Shown piece by piece: positions 1-11,559 of a stretch of DNA of 64,000 nucleotides. Within the stretch, counting starts at the first letter, position 1. The number at the start of each line of letters is the position of its first letter. The stretch covers positions 3,439,130 through 3,503,129 of the forward strand of contig MU054391.1 of assembly GCA_013239625.1 (NCBI GenBank), given 5' to 3'. The position numbers and the translations under genes are program-made. The notes beneath the pieces were generated by a model, which was not told the DNA's origin, made no database searches, and saw only the letters and a list, made by a program, of their open reading frames with translations. This stretch comes from Lama guanicoe (Eukaryota).

Positions 1-779
1 AATCAGGCGAATGACTTAAAGCACAGCAGGGAGGGGACAGAGTAGCCATGCCTCTCCACGGTGAGCTCTCAAAGACAGGTAAACCTTTATGAAAGCAGTA
101 ATAACATTCCGGCCTGCGGGAGGATGCATATTCTGCTTTCTCCGTTGTTTACAGTAAATAAAGCAAATGTCTCTTCCCTCCCTGTGGTTAGAGAGGAGGC
201 TGTGAGCTCGGCCCTCTGCTCAGGTGCTCCTGGGATGCAGTGGGCAGCCCGGCTCAGCGATGCCTCTGGCCCGACGAGAATGCCCTTCCCTCTCCAGGGG
301 TGGTTGGTTCCTTCAACAAACACCTCCCTCACTGCTGAGCGAGAGCTGTAACTCAACATGTCCACCAGAGTATTGGTAGAAATGTTACCCTTAGAAAATG
401 TATGTTTTCTCATTTCACTCTCTTACCTGTAGGGTATTTGAAATCCTTTTCTCAAAGACAGTGGGATTTGGACATGAGCAAGCCCATGGGGAGAGCCTGG
501 TGGAACAGGCTCAGGCAGGCTCATTTGCCTGAGGGTTTAAGAGCTCCTAGGGGAGAAACCGTGAAGGAGGGAGCCAGACATAAAATATTCCGAGTTCAGC
601 AGGACAGCCACCATCTGAATTTATAACTTTGCCAAAGCTCTATCTGAAGGCGCAGGCTGTATGGGGAAAATGTGGAGTTACCTCAGTAAAAACGCTGCAG
701 GGCTGCATGTAGATCAAAAGAGAGAGGGCACGGGGTGCCTCTGTCCAGGGCAGGCGTGAGACAGGAGACACCTGAGTGA

Positions 780-1125
780 GTCCCCAGTGTCGGGAAGAGC
801 AGGGCAGAAGCGGAGGGAGCAGCACGTGAGGAGGGGGCATCGTGGTCCAGGCGCCATGAGCCAGAGGGGGCGCGTGAGAAGGGAGCGCGCAGAGACAGAG
901 CCATCACCGCTCATCGCCCGCGTTCTCCGCAAGAGAAGAGCGCAGAGTGGGAGAAGAGGACATGTTCCCGGTGGTGTTCAGGGGCGTGAAGAATCAGGAG
1001 GTGCTTCTGAAGATGTGACAAGATCTGGTGGGTGAGTAGAAGTTCGCGGAGTGGAGGGTGAAGAGGAGCTTTTCGGGTAGCGGGGTGCGATGTGCAAAGT
1101 CCCAGGGCCAGGAGGGCCTTCTGTG
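780..1125 (-). mobile_element. Decayed L2 LINE fragment, unusually CpG-rich
   Basis: 'aggaggtgcttctgaagatgtgaca...gaagaggagcttttcgggtagcggggtgcgatgtgcaaagtcccagggccaggag' resembles the antisense L2 3' region. About 24 CpG counted in 781-1140. Confidence 0.5.
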
Positions 1126-1195
1126 CGGTCAGGTTCCCCGTCTTCCCGCTTTCCTCCCTTTCCTTGCTCCCTCTAGTAGGAATCCATTGAAGGGT

Positions 1196-1420
1196 TTCTG
1201 TTGTTGTTGTTTGTTAGTTTGTTCACTGAAGCACAGCTGATTTGCAAGGTTGTGTTAGTTTGTGGTGGACAGCATAGTGACTCAGTGATACTTACATATA
1301 TGTTCTTTTTTATTATTTTTCATTATCAGTTATTACAAGCTACTGAACACAGTTCCCTGTGCTCTATGGTAGGTGTTTATCTCTTTTATACGCAGCAGTG
1401 TGTATCTGCAAATCCCAAAC
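1196..1420 (-). mobile_element. 5'-truncated L1 3'-end (cetartiodactyl type)
   Basis: T-rich tail followed by 'gaagcacagctgatttgcaaggttgtgttagttt...cagcatagtgactcagt...agttccctgtgct...gtgtatctgcaaatcccaaac'. Clearly similar to 43320-43510 in this window. Confidence 0.8.
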
Positions 1421-1511
1421 ACTGAAGGATTCGAAGCAGGAGCCAGACACAGCAGGCCCTTTTCCCATCAAAATTTGCACACGGAGCTTGGGGAGGCTCA
1501 GGCCACGAGTG

Positions 1512-1650
1512 TGTATGAGTTAACTTGTTGCTGCTGTAACAGATTGCTGCTAACTTAGTGGGGGAAAAAAAACTCATCATTACAGTTCTGGACATCAGAA
1601 AAATAAAATCAAAGTGTCAGCAAGACTGTGCTACTTCTGGAAGCTCCAAA
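1512..1650 (-). mobile_element. MLT1 (MaLR) LTR fragment
   Basis: 'gctgctgtaacaga...acagttctggacatcaga...aaatcaaagtgtcagcaagactgtgc' matches the MLT1 3' end in antisense. Confidence 0.7.
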
Positions 1651-1719
1651 AATCTTGAGATATTCTAGAAAAACACATATCCTACAAAACTGAATGGAAA
1701 ATATACTTAACATTTACAT

Positions 1720-3050
1720 AATAATGATAAAATCAATCCCCATGAGCTTCTCATCAACCTTTAGAAACAGACAATTGCCACTAGATTTGAAATCCCTTAT
1801 TTGCACGTCTCATAATATCCCTCCCTCACTCATAACCTGAAATAATTACACCTCTATTTTGTGTAATTCTTCCCTTATTTTTCCTGAGAGATTGATTACA
1901 CAAATAAACCATTATATAATTATAATATTAGTAATTTCCAAGGTTTGACCTTTATACAGTCATAAATATGTGCATTATTCTTTTCATTCTTTTCCTTACA
2001 GTTCTACCCAACATTACATTTTCTCAATGCACCTATGTTGATCTGTGGAGAAGTGGCTTAACTGTCAGTCTGTCCTAGATTCCCTAATGCAGTTAGCTCA
2101 CAATTTACCTATACATTTGATAGATATTTGGTTAGGTGGTTATTTTCCAATATTTTGCTGTTAAAAACAATGCCTTGATTATGCCTTTACATATCCTAAT
2201 TCTCTTGAGCTATGGTTTTTCTAGGGTGTGTATGTAGAAGTAGCATTTCTGGATCTTAGATGTATAGATCCCCAGCTTTTCTGTGTCGCTGGTAAGAGGC
2301 TAATGTATACTTCCCTCGGAAGCGGATGAGTTCCTCCTGCTCTGCATCTCACCAACACTTAATATCATCATGCTGTATCTTCCCCCTACTCTCCTGGCTG
2401 TTCAGTAGTAACACATTTAGGATTTTAATTAAACATTTTCCTGATTACTAATGAAGTTGAACACCTTTCCAGACATTTATTCACAAGTTGTGTTTATTTT
2501 TATATGAAACGACTGTATTTTTCCCTACTTTTCTGGTGACTTTTGCTTTTTTCTCATCAACTCATAGAAAAAGATGAAATATATATGGTAATAATAAACT
2601 TTTTTGGTTACATATGTCATAATGGCTTTCTCCCAAGTGATAGCTTGCTTTTCATGTGTTTTGATTAAAACAAAAGTTCTTAATTTTAATGCAATAAGGT
2701 ACATTTTGCATTCCTTTTATGACCTAATATATAAAGATGTTCTAAAAGTTTCAAACATTTTGCCTTTCACTTTGCAGGGTTTATCCATCTGGAATTGATT
2801 TGTATGTGCGGTGTGAGGTAGGGATACAATCTCATTTATTTTTCATTCAAATAACCAGTTACATCAGCACTGTTTGTGGAGAGCTTCACACTTTCTCCAT
2901 TCTCCATCAATATAAAATATTACTGTAGACATAAAAGAGTTTATTGGCTGTTAAATCTACCTAGTTTTATTAATCTATGATCTGTATTAATATTAATTAA
3001 TAAAATAATTAATATTGCTTTATAATAAATTTCAATACTGAGGGTGGAGA
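1720..3050 (-). mobile_element. Old L1M (L1ME/MC-like) fragments
   Basis: T-rich decayed L1 signatures: 'ttttcctgattactaatgaagttgaacaccttt', 'atccatctggaattgatttgtatgtgcggtgtgaggtaggga'. Confidence 0.65.
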
Positions 3051-3139
3051 GAAAATATCTCTTTTCTTCCTGCCATTCATTTCTCAGTTGGACTGAACAT
3101 AGCAAGTTCCATCATAAGAATCCTTTTGGTCATAAGATA

Positions 3140-3255
3140 TAATGGAGTCAGAAGACTCAGATTCAAATTCTAGTTTTTCCACTTAGCAGATGAGTAATGT
3201 CAGGAATTCTAAATGATTTAATGTTCATGGTTTCTCCATTATAAAATGAAGAACT
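3140..3255 (+). mobile_element. MIR SINE fragment
   Basis: 'gagtcagaagactcagattcaaattct...tttctccattataaaatg' MIR core. Confidence 0.6.
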
Positions 3256-4127
3256 TAGGCTCACCCATCCAGAAGTAAAAACTCAAACCTCCCCACACAG
3301 CATCTGTCATATTGATGGGACTTTTTGACAGTTTCCTTTTGTTTCCATTTTATACTTTCTGCCCTCAAAAGAAAGTATTTTCTGTCCACAAAAATATGCA
3401 GTGTTGTCACATCACTATGAAAATAAATAACTAAATAAATGTTTCATTGAGCCTTTTCCATGGAAATACCCACATCCTTGTTGGAGTTGTTCCTAAGAAA
3501 TTGCTTTTTATCTTTTTTTGTAGCCTCTGCTTATGCAATCACATTATGCTATTAGTTAAATAGTTTTGAAATAAACATAGAGTTGACCTAATTGGAAGAG
3601 CTTAGTTAATTAAATAGCTATACATCTATACTTTTCAGAAAGACAAAGGCTTCTTTCAATTACTCTTTTTTTTTGGAAAATCAAAACTATTGCAGATCAA
3701 CATATGATTAAAAAATTCAGGACATATTTTTATCATGATTGTCTCAGTTATGAGGCACTACTGGGAAATATACTGGGATATGCAAATTTGAGAATGGAGG
3801 GGATATTTACTACCAAGCCCTTGTTTATAAAAATAGAGACAGTTACTGTTACTTCTATTATCTTCACAGATGGTGAGTGGGTGGTTGTAAAACTGTGAAG
3901 GAAGCCTCTACCCACACACGGAGATAAAGTTCTCTGCCCAGCCTCCCCAGTCCCACCGTCTGTAGGCTGCAGAGAGAGCTACCACTCGCTGAGTCAGATC
4001 CTATGTGTTGAGATGCTTCACATGTTATTTCATTTCCTCTTCATCACTGCCATCCATCTTTACTCCAGTTTCAGAGATGACCTAAGTAGGTTGGGAGAGG
4101 CTGACTTGTCCAAACCCCAAAAGTCAC

Positions 4128-4565
4128 TTGTTAGTTTCCTAGGGTTGCCATGGCAAGCAATCACAAACTTGATGGCATAAAGCAATAGAAAAGTATCTTC
4201 TCACAGTTCTGAGGCCAGAACTAGGACATCAAGGTGTCAGCAGGGCAATACTCCCTCTGAAATGTGTACGGGAGGACCCTTCCCTGTTTCTTCTAACATC
4301 TGCTGTCACTGACAACCTTGGATTGGAGACACATCACTCCATCCCTCCCTCCCCCTGTGCATGGCATTCTCCCATTACATCTGCACGTCATAATTTCCCT
4401 CCTCTTATAAGGAAGCCATTGGATTAGTGCCTGCTCTAATTGAGTATGACCTAATTTAAACTTAACTGATTTCATACGTAAAGACCCTATTTCCAAATAC
4501 GGTCATATTTATAGGTACTGGGGTGCAGGATGTCTTTTGGGGGAACACAATTAAAACCAAAGCAG
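4128..4565 (-). mobile_element. MLT1C-like solo LTR
   Basis: 'ttagtttcctagggttgcc...tctcacagttctgaggccaga...atcaaggtgtcagcagggc...aagaccctatttccaaatacggtcata...gggggaacacaatt'. Confidence 0.85.
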
Positions 4566-4839
4566 CTTAGTAAACAACCTTTTTTTCTGAGTAAGTGTGA
4601 ATCAGATAGTTCCAGAGATTTTTTCTTTTTACAGTGAACTATAAGGTAATGTACATTTGTTTCCTCATTTCTTTGAGAAGCAGGAAAGAGAAAATAAATA
4701 AACCCTTTCAAAGAGCCAGTCATCCCCAAAATGACTAATGTGAGAATTATCTAATGCCAATCTGTGGAAGTTTCCAAAAAAATTGAAGAGGACTCCAGTG
4801 CTATTGTGGAGAAAATTGTATAGAGCGGTACCTTTTGAT

Positions 4840-5060
4840 GGGCAGGCTTGTAGATTTCAGTCCACAGCAAGCTTAGTAAGGAGCAGCAACGTGATATAAT
4901 TCTTCCCCCAAAGTTAATACTGTGATGTCATCATTAATAGAACAGCTTCTAGAACTCACGTGGGAATTGTCCTACTCAGTTCAATGCTGGGTAAACCATA
5001 TCAGGAGCAATATTCTTGTTTTGGAGCATATATTCTGTAAAAAATAGGCTAAACTGATAC
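4840..5060 (+). mobile_element. L3/CR1 LINE fragment
   Basis: 'agcagcaacgtgat...cattaatagaac...gtcctactcag...ctgggtaaaccatatcaggagc...ttttggagca' resembles the 3' part of the CR1/L3 RT region. Confidence 0.55.
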
Positions 5061-5074
5061 AACAAATAAATGCA

Positions 5075-5640
5075 AACACAGAGAGATTCTATTCTCTATC
5101 ATATAACAAGACAGGATGTTATGGACTGAATATTTGTGTCCCCCCCCCCAAATCCATATATTGAAGCCCTAACCTTCAATGGTGGTATTTGGAGGTGGGA
5201 TCTTTAGAGGTAATTCGGCTTAGATGAGGCTATGAGGGTGGGGCCCCGATGATGGAATTAGTGAATTAGTGTTGTTATTTGAAGAGACGAGGAAGAGACT
5301 TTAGAGCACTCTCTTCCCTTCCACCATGTGAGGACACAGTGAGATCACAACCATCTGCAGACCAGAAAGAGAGCCCTCACCAGGAACCAAATCCTACTGG
5401 ACCTCGAGTTTTGATTTTACAGCCTTCAACATTATGAGAAAAACATATTTGTGATGTTTAAGCCACCCAGGCTATGGCATTTTGATATAACAGTCTGAGC
5501 CAATTAAGACACAGAGGTCAGATGGTGCAGAGCCAATAGGCGACTCTGCTCCACAAAGATGGACAGGAACCCAGAGTCTTTCACTCATGTTGCTCTATTT
5601 TTCCAAGACTGTTGATATATTGTTCATGATCAGAGCAGAG
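5075..5640 (-). mobile_element. Older MLT1 (J/K-like) LTR interrupted by the MLT1A at 5117-5511
   Basis: 'tctctatcatataacaag|...|cagaggtcag...ctccacaaagatggacaggaacccagagtctttc' reads as one continuous element across the insertion. Confidence 0.5.
5117..5511 (+). mobile_element. MLT1A-like solo LTR, full length
   Basis: TG...CA ends. 'tgttatggactgaat...gaagccctaacc...ccatgtgaggacacag...tttaagccacccag...taagaca'. Degenerate 5-bp TSD cagga/cagag. Confidence 0.9.
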
Positions 5641-8044
5641 ATTTTTTTCATGGTTCTCCAAAATCTATTCTTCCTTTATTACTTTTAGTAATATTATTCT
5701 ACATATTTCAGCAGGGCAACAATCATCCAGCCACAGACTTCATTTCCAAGCTCTTGCCAAATTGGTACCAATGGAATGAGAGTGGAAGTGATGTGGGCAG
5801 TATCTGTGTCTCTTTCTGAAAAGCAAGTGGCTTGCCCTTTCTCTGCTGGAGCATGGATGTGGTTTTGATGAGTCAGCTTTGACCATGCAAATTGCAACAC
5901 TTTAATAACATATTGAGATGAATTAAGTGTGGCTGGAACAGCAGGGTGTCATCTTCCAGAAAGAAGGATAACTGAAAATGGATCACCATATGCCCACAGA
6001 AAGGAACGTTTATTTTCAACTCATTTCAAAGACAGACACAAACTAGTTCCCTACTTGACCATGTTATGATCTTACACCATTCTCTGGGTGGACTCTCTAT
6101 TCCAACAACTTGAAAATTAAAAAAAAATCAATTGATGGCTGAATAATGTGAATTTTATGACTACTTCTATCCTTCTATCCTCCTTTAATAAAACAGCCTT
6201 TAAAATTAAACATCTATCTCAAAATTAAAATGAACCAATGTGGTTTATTGAAAAAAAAGAAAACTTCCTCCTTTCATTATGAAAATTAATAGAGAGAGAG
6301 AGAAAGAGAAGCGTGGAGAAACTAAACCTTAGCTGAATATGTAGAAAAGCTACATGGGACCAGGTGACTACTCTGCTCATACTTAACCATCCGTGGAAAG
6401 GCTACACTTCCACTTTTCCCTCCAGGGCTGAAGACAAGTCATTATATTGGTTTTCCCATTATTGTTTTTCTTATTTACAAAGAGAACATCATGTCCAGCG
6501 TGGCATGTGTGTCCTTTGAATATTTTTAGCCCCACAGCTAGGAAATGCGGACGTTCCCAGCCAACGATCTCCCCACAGCATCTAGCCCAAGGGATTTGCT
6601 ATGAGATTGCTCAAGGACTCAGCGGTGAGACTTGCTGTGACCGTCCTGGATTGAGAAGGGAGAGAGTTGGCACCGAAGGATAACGGGGACTCAGCCAAAA
6701 CATACTCTCTACCCTTCACCCCAATTTTCCACACCCAGGCAAAATGAAGTACAAGACTCGCAGTCCCATTGGAGCATAAATGTCTGTTACTCTTCTGTTT
6801 ATTGAGGCTTTCTGCTGCCTGGATAGACTGTAAGAAGAATTTCAGGATATTAGCTTTCTGTGAAAATCAGGCAGAAATAATGGAAAAGGGAAGAGGCATC
6901 CAAATGTCGTAACTAATGAAATGATACGTTGCTGTCCTCCGTTTGGACAGTTACTCTCCACTTACGTTCACATTCACAGAGGGGGGCTGAAACTGTTTCA
7001 AACTTAGGTCTGCGATGATACTGAAGCAGTGATAATCACTATTTGACTTACTGTTGCCTCATAAGAAATCGTCCCCAAAACAAGGTGACTTTAGCTTTTA
7101 TTTCACTCTAATTTTGGCAAGGGCTTTCATGGGCTGTTCCAAGTGGGCTCCTTCACATGGTGGCAGTCAGATCAAGGGGAGGGCATACTAACCCCGCCTC
7201 TCAGTGGAGAAATGTCAGAGGATTCAGAGCCACCTTTTAGAACCATCAGTCATGCTCGACAGTGATCTTTCAAGAAGTAGACCTTCCATCTTTGCCCACA
7301 TTTTGCTCTTTTTCTGAAGTCATTTGGCCTCAGCCCAAGAACAGAATGAGTTTAACCCATTTGTCAGACACATAGAGGATCCGCAGAAATTTCACTCCCT
7401 TCTTATTGCACATATATTCTTATAGAACTCCTTTCACAAGGTTGAAAGGAGGAAAAGTCAAAGTGAGCAATTAGCAAATTTTAAAAAGCTCACTTTTTTT
7501 TCCATTTCTTTGCTTCTGATCATTATCATTTGACATTTCCCAGGTTAAAATATGACCCAGGCAAGACTCCTGATTTATATCTTCCCAGAGTCTATTCGGA
7601 GAGATACAAGAGGAGAAAACCCACTTGAAAAGGTAATGTGTTTATTTGCCAAATTACATCTCTTAGAGCAGCTTAAAACTTGAGGTCTATTTGACTTCAG
7701 GCATTCCGTGCCTCCAACTGAGCAATTTTTGCATCTGTGGATTATAGATAGTAAGCACTGTCCTGGCCAGGTCCCAGGGTGCTTGGAAGAGTGGAACAGA
7801 CACATGGAGAGTGGCTTTCAGAGCAGCCAGCAAATGTCCAGAGACAAAAATTCATTTATTTATCTTGTGAATGAAAGTCCACAGATGTGTGCTTTGATCT
7901 CCAACTGGATTCTCATTTTACCAAATATTAAAGAACAAGTTATTCTGGAATAAATTCTTCAATCCTGAAATCTTTGGAACGCCTTCCAAGAATTCATCCC
8001 CTATTCTCACTTTCTTTCTTTTCAGAAGAGGGTGAGTCACAAGG

Positions 8045-8235
8045 AACTAACACTTATTGGGCATCAGCCATATGTATTAGGTTCTCTGTGTGCCTGGTCT
8101 CAAGTACTCACAGCTGTGTGAGGTGAATGACAATGGTTCTGCACTTTGTTCAGTGTCCGAAGGTTACTAAGTGGCAGGCATAGGCTTCAAACTGTTACCT
8201 GATTACAAAATCCAAACTTTTATTTTGTGCCACTT
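8045..8235 (-). mobile_element. MIR fragment
   Basis: 'taacacttattgggcatcagccata...ctaagtggcaggcataggcttcaaac...ctgattacaaaatcc'. Confidence 0.55.
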
Positions 8236-10501
8236 AAATTAGCACCACTAATAGAAGGTCGTGCTCATTATCTCGTGAGACATTAGAGAGAAAGATGAAA
8301 TGTTTTTTGGAACGAGTTTAGTATAGGATGCAAAATAAGCATGTCTGCCCTTGTCCATACTAAGTGACCATCATCAAGTGTCACACAGTAAGTTGGCTTC
8401 CTTGCCCCCTGCCTGAGAGATGCTTCGGCAGAACAAAGCCAGCTCTCCCCTCTGGGCCCGCGAGGGTCAGATCACCACATGGGACCCTAAGAGCTGGTCT
8501 CAGCTGTCAGGCTGGTTTTCCCCTGTGTTTGCATCAAGGAAGTGCGACTCTATTCCTTGAGCCCTTCTCTGTACCAGGCACTGTGAGATCATGCAGGGAA
8601 GACACAGGTAACACAGGTCTCATTTTTCAAGAACATGTAACTAAATATAATGTGAAGTGAACACATCTATGAGAGAGGGATGTGCTGCGTCACCTGGAAT
8701 CATTCACAGCCATGCTTGGAGGCAGTCAGGATTACTGCTGGGACATAGAGCCTGCGCTGAGTCTTCATAGATGACCAGGGGTTGACAAGGTCAAGAGTAT
8801 GCCTTGGGTGACGTGGCGCGCATGGTGTGACAAGGTGGGTAGTATGCTGTGGAATGGCCGCGTGGCACGGCATGTGCGACACGGGGTGGAGTCCTGTGGC
8901 TGGAGGTCTGGGAGGGGTGAGAAGCATCCCGATAGGGCAGCATTCTTCCAAATTTTTGTTCATATGCAACTAAAGATATTTTAAAAATACGCATAATGTG
9001 TCATGTATCTTGCTATATTTTAAATTTTTGTTTTAAATTATATAATTGCAAAAGAAGTGGATTCCAGTACATTGAAACATGGGTACTTTAAAATAAAATT
9101 ACTACATCACTCTGGAAAGGATCCAATGGGATGGAAGTACCACAGGAGCTGGTCATGTAACAAGCTCTTCCTTATCAGCCCAACATTTCAACTGTTCCAT
9201 TTTCACCAGGGCTGGTATTTTCATTTCTGCTTTTCATGAATCTTTTTTCGTAATACGCTTTTGTGCTTGGCAGGCTTTTATTGACACTCCCTCTCATACT
9301 CCAATAAAAATATCTATGAGAATTAAAATTAATATTTGCACATCCCTACAACCATAGGCATAAAATGCTTACAATTTTATTCTGATTGAATTATTATTAA
9401 AAATATTAGTACACAAGTGAACAGTAAAACATAAAGGTATTAAAATTTTATGAGTAATTACTAACATAAAAAAGTAAACTTTTATTGCAAAATCGTCTCT
9501 TAATGAGATGGATTGGGCTGGGGGATAATTAGATGCTTTAATTAAAGGAATTACTGGACTATGCTTCGTTCGGTGTCTCAGGGGGTTGACCTCTTCAGGG
9601 ACAAAAGAGATTCATGCTTTTCTCTTATAAAATGTGGAAAGGGGCTTATGAAGAGGGGGAGTTCAAAAGTAACATCTCCCTTTCAATGAAAGTCCATCCT
9701 TGGGTGGATCAACTAAGGAAAGAGTGATATGAATATTGAAGGTCTGGAAAGCAGTTCCCTTGAGCCATCCCAGCACGACCCTCGAGAACACACCTCTCAA
9801 ACGCCTCCGTTTGCAGGAAGTTGCAATGATATGAGGGAAGATCTGTCCAGAATGCGGGGGTCATGCAGTGACTCTGAAGACTAGGCTGGGCGGAGTCTGG
9901 GGCCTGCAGAAGGTCCACAGAAGGTCACCCGGGGCAGCACTCCAGGGTCAAAGGTGAGGGTGAGAAAGAGCCGGTGTGGAGGCAGTGTCGCTGAACCAGG
10001 GTGGGGCGAGAGGCCAATCCAGAAAACAAAGAAACAAAAGTGAGGGACAATTAGAACTGGAAAGAGTTCATGAGGGTGGGTAGGGTCAGACACTGAGTGA
10101 AGAAGGTGCTTGTAAAAGAGTCAACCCTTCACATGGCTTGAGCCACACATGGTCCGTGCAAGTGCCTGAGACTGCATGCCCGGGTCAGCATCCGTCTGAG
10201 CAAGTCTAAGCCAAAGTTTTAGGAGGTACAAGCCAATCATTTAAGGGGAGGTGTAGTTTTGATTAATTTTATTGCCAACTTGACTCTGCCTTTGTTGCCC
10301 AGGGGTTTGGTCAAACACAAGACTGGATGTTGCTGTGAAGTTATTTTTTAGATATAATTAACATTTCAATCTGTAGACTTTGAGTAAAGAAAATCACCCT
10401 CTATAATGTGGGTGGGCCTCATCCCATCAGTTGAAGACCTGGAGAGCAAAGAATGGTGTTTCCCAGAGACGTAGAAATTCTCTTCCAGAATGGAACATGG
10501 A

Positions 10502-10591
10502 GTCTACGGCCATGCTACCCTCAACGCACCCGGTCTCCTCCAATCTCGGAAGTTAAGCAGGATCGGGCCTGGTTAGTACTTGGATGAGAGA
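10502..10591 (+). pseudogene. 5S rRNA retropseudogene, 3'-truncated (5S nt 1-90)
   Basis: gtctacggccatgctaccctcaacgcacccggtctcctccaatctcggaagttaagcaggatcgggcctggttagtacttggatgagaga aligns without gaps to mammalian 5S nt 1-90 at 79/90 by hand. Flanked by an imperfect 15-bp direct repeat. Confidence 0.96.
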
Positions 10592-10698
10592 ATGTCACAT
10601 AGAAACCCTGCCTGTGTTTCCAGTCTGCTGGCCTGCCATGAAGAGTTTGGACCTGCCAACTCCACAGTTCTGTGAGTCAATTCACTCTCTCTCCAGCC

Positions 10699-10741
<43 letters not shown>
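10699..10741. repeat. (TAGA)n tetranucleotide microsatellite, about 10 units
   Basis: Perfect tagatagataga run. Confidence 0.97.
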
Positions 10742-10824
10742 GGATAGAGTGATAGAAGTTGCAATAGGTTATAGATAAATAGACAAATAGGAACTCTATT
10801 GATTCTACTTAACACAGGCGTCTT

Positions 10825-10970
10825 GAATTAGAATGCTTAATTTCAACCTGTCTGTCGCATGCTATTGGTTTGATCTTGAGCAAGTCACTGAATCTCTCTA
10901 AGTCTCACTTTTCTCATCTCAAATAGGAATAATGCTGGTACCCACCTCCCTGTGCTGTTGTAAAGGACAA
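10825..10970 (+). mobile_element. MIR fragment
   Basis: 'gatcttgagcaagtcactgaatctctctaagtctcacttttctcatctcaaataggaataat'. Confidence 0.75.
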
Positions 10971-11559
10971 GGAAGGCCATTCAACGTAAATCCTAATTTT
11001 CTCTCCCATTTCTTCCCTGTGAGGACAGTGAGCAAGGCTCCTGCTGCCTTTCACGGGGTTCCTTGCACTGGCCCTCGGTGCGTTTGACAGGGCAGAACAC
11101 CATGACAGGTGCATGGCTACCTCTGTCCTCTCAACTAGGATGAGGTTAGGGTGCATTAAAAGACAGCAGCAACAAACACTTGGTCCCACAAAACAAAACA
11201 ATAATGATGACGTGAAATAAGTAAGTAATTAAGTATGCTGCACTATTTAAAGTTTTTCATTAATATTCATCTGCAACTTGTTTGCTCATTTGTCACCTGC
11301 CAGCACAGAGGAGCAGTAGCAGGTGTCATGATTAAAAATGTATTATGGAAGGAAGAGCTGGAAGTGAGAAAATCCTCTCCATTCATTACATTTGCCTCTG
11401 CCAGTTGAAAAAGAATCAAAACCACTCCATTAAGCAGTGGAATGTGTCTACTCTGCGTAGCTCATGCTGGGAAGCAGTTTAACAACCATCACCCTCCTCC
11501 GTAAAACACCCCATCCTTCGGGGTGCATCTCCTGGTAGTCTGGACAAGTCTGGTTTCTC

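Larger units (their letters stand above)
10252..10816 (+). mobile_element. MLT2 (ERVL) solo LTR containing a 5S retrocopy and a microsatellite
   Basis: 'ttaatttttattgccaacttgact...ctggatgttgctgtgaag...ctctataatgtgggtgggcctcatcccatcagttgaagacct...cctgtgtttccagtctgctggcctgcc'. TG...CA ends. Confidence 0.88.

Noticed and set aside
855..880. CTCF-like motif gccagagggggcgc (also a weak one near 29013)
   Set aside because: The 5' half matches the consensus poorly, so it cannot be supported without a PWM score or ChIP data.
10502..10591. Functional 5S rRNA gene
   Set aside because: It lacks the last 31 or so nucleotides and the T-run terminator, has 11 substitutions, and is a single copy inside an LTR.
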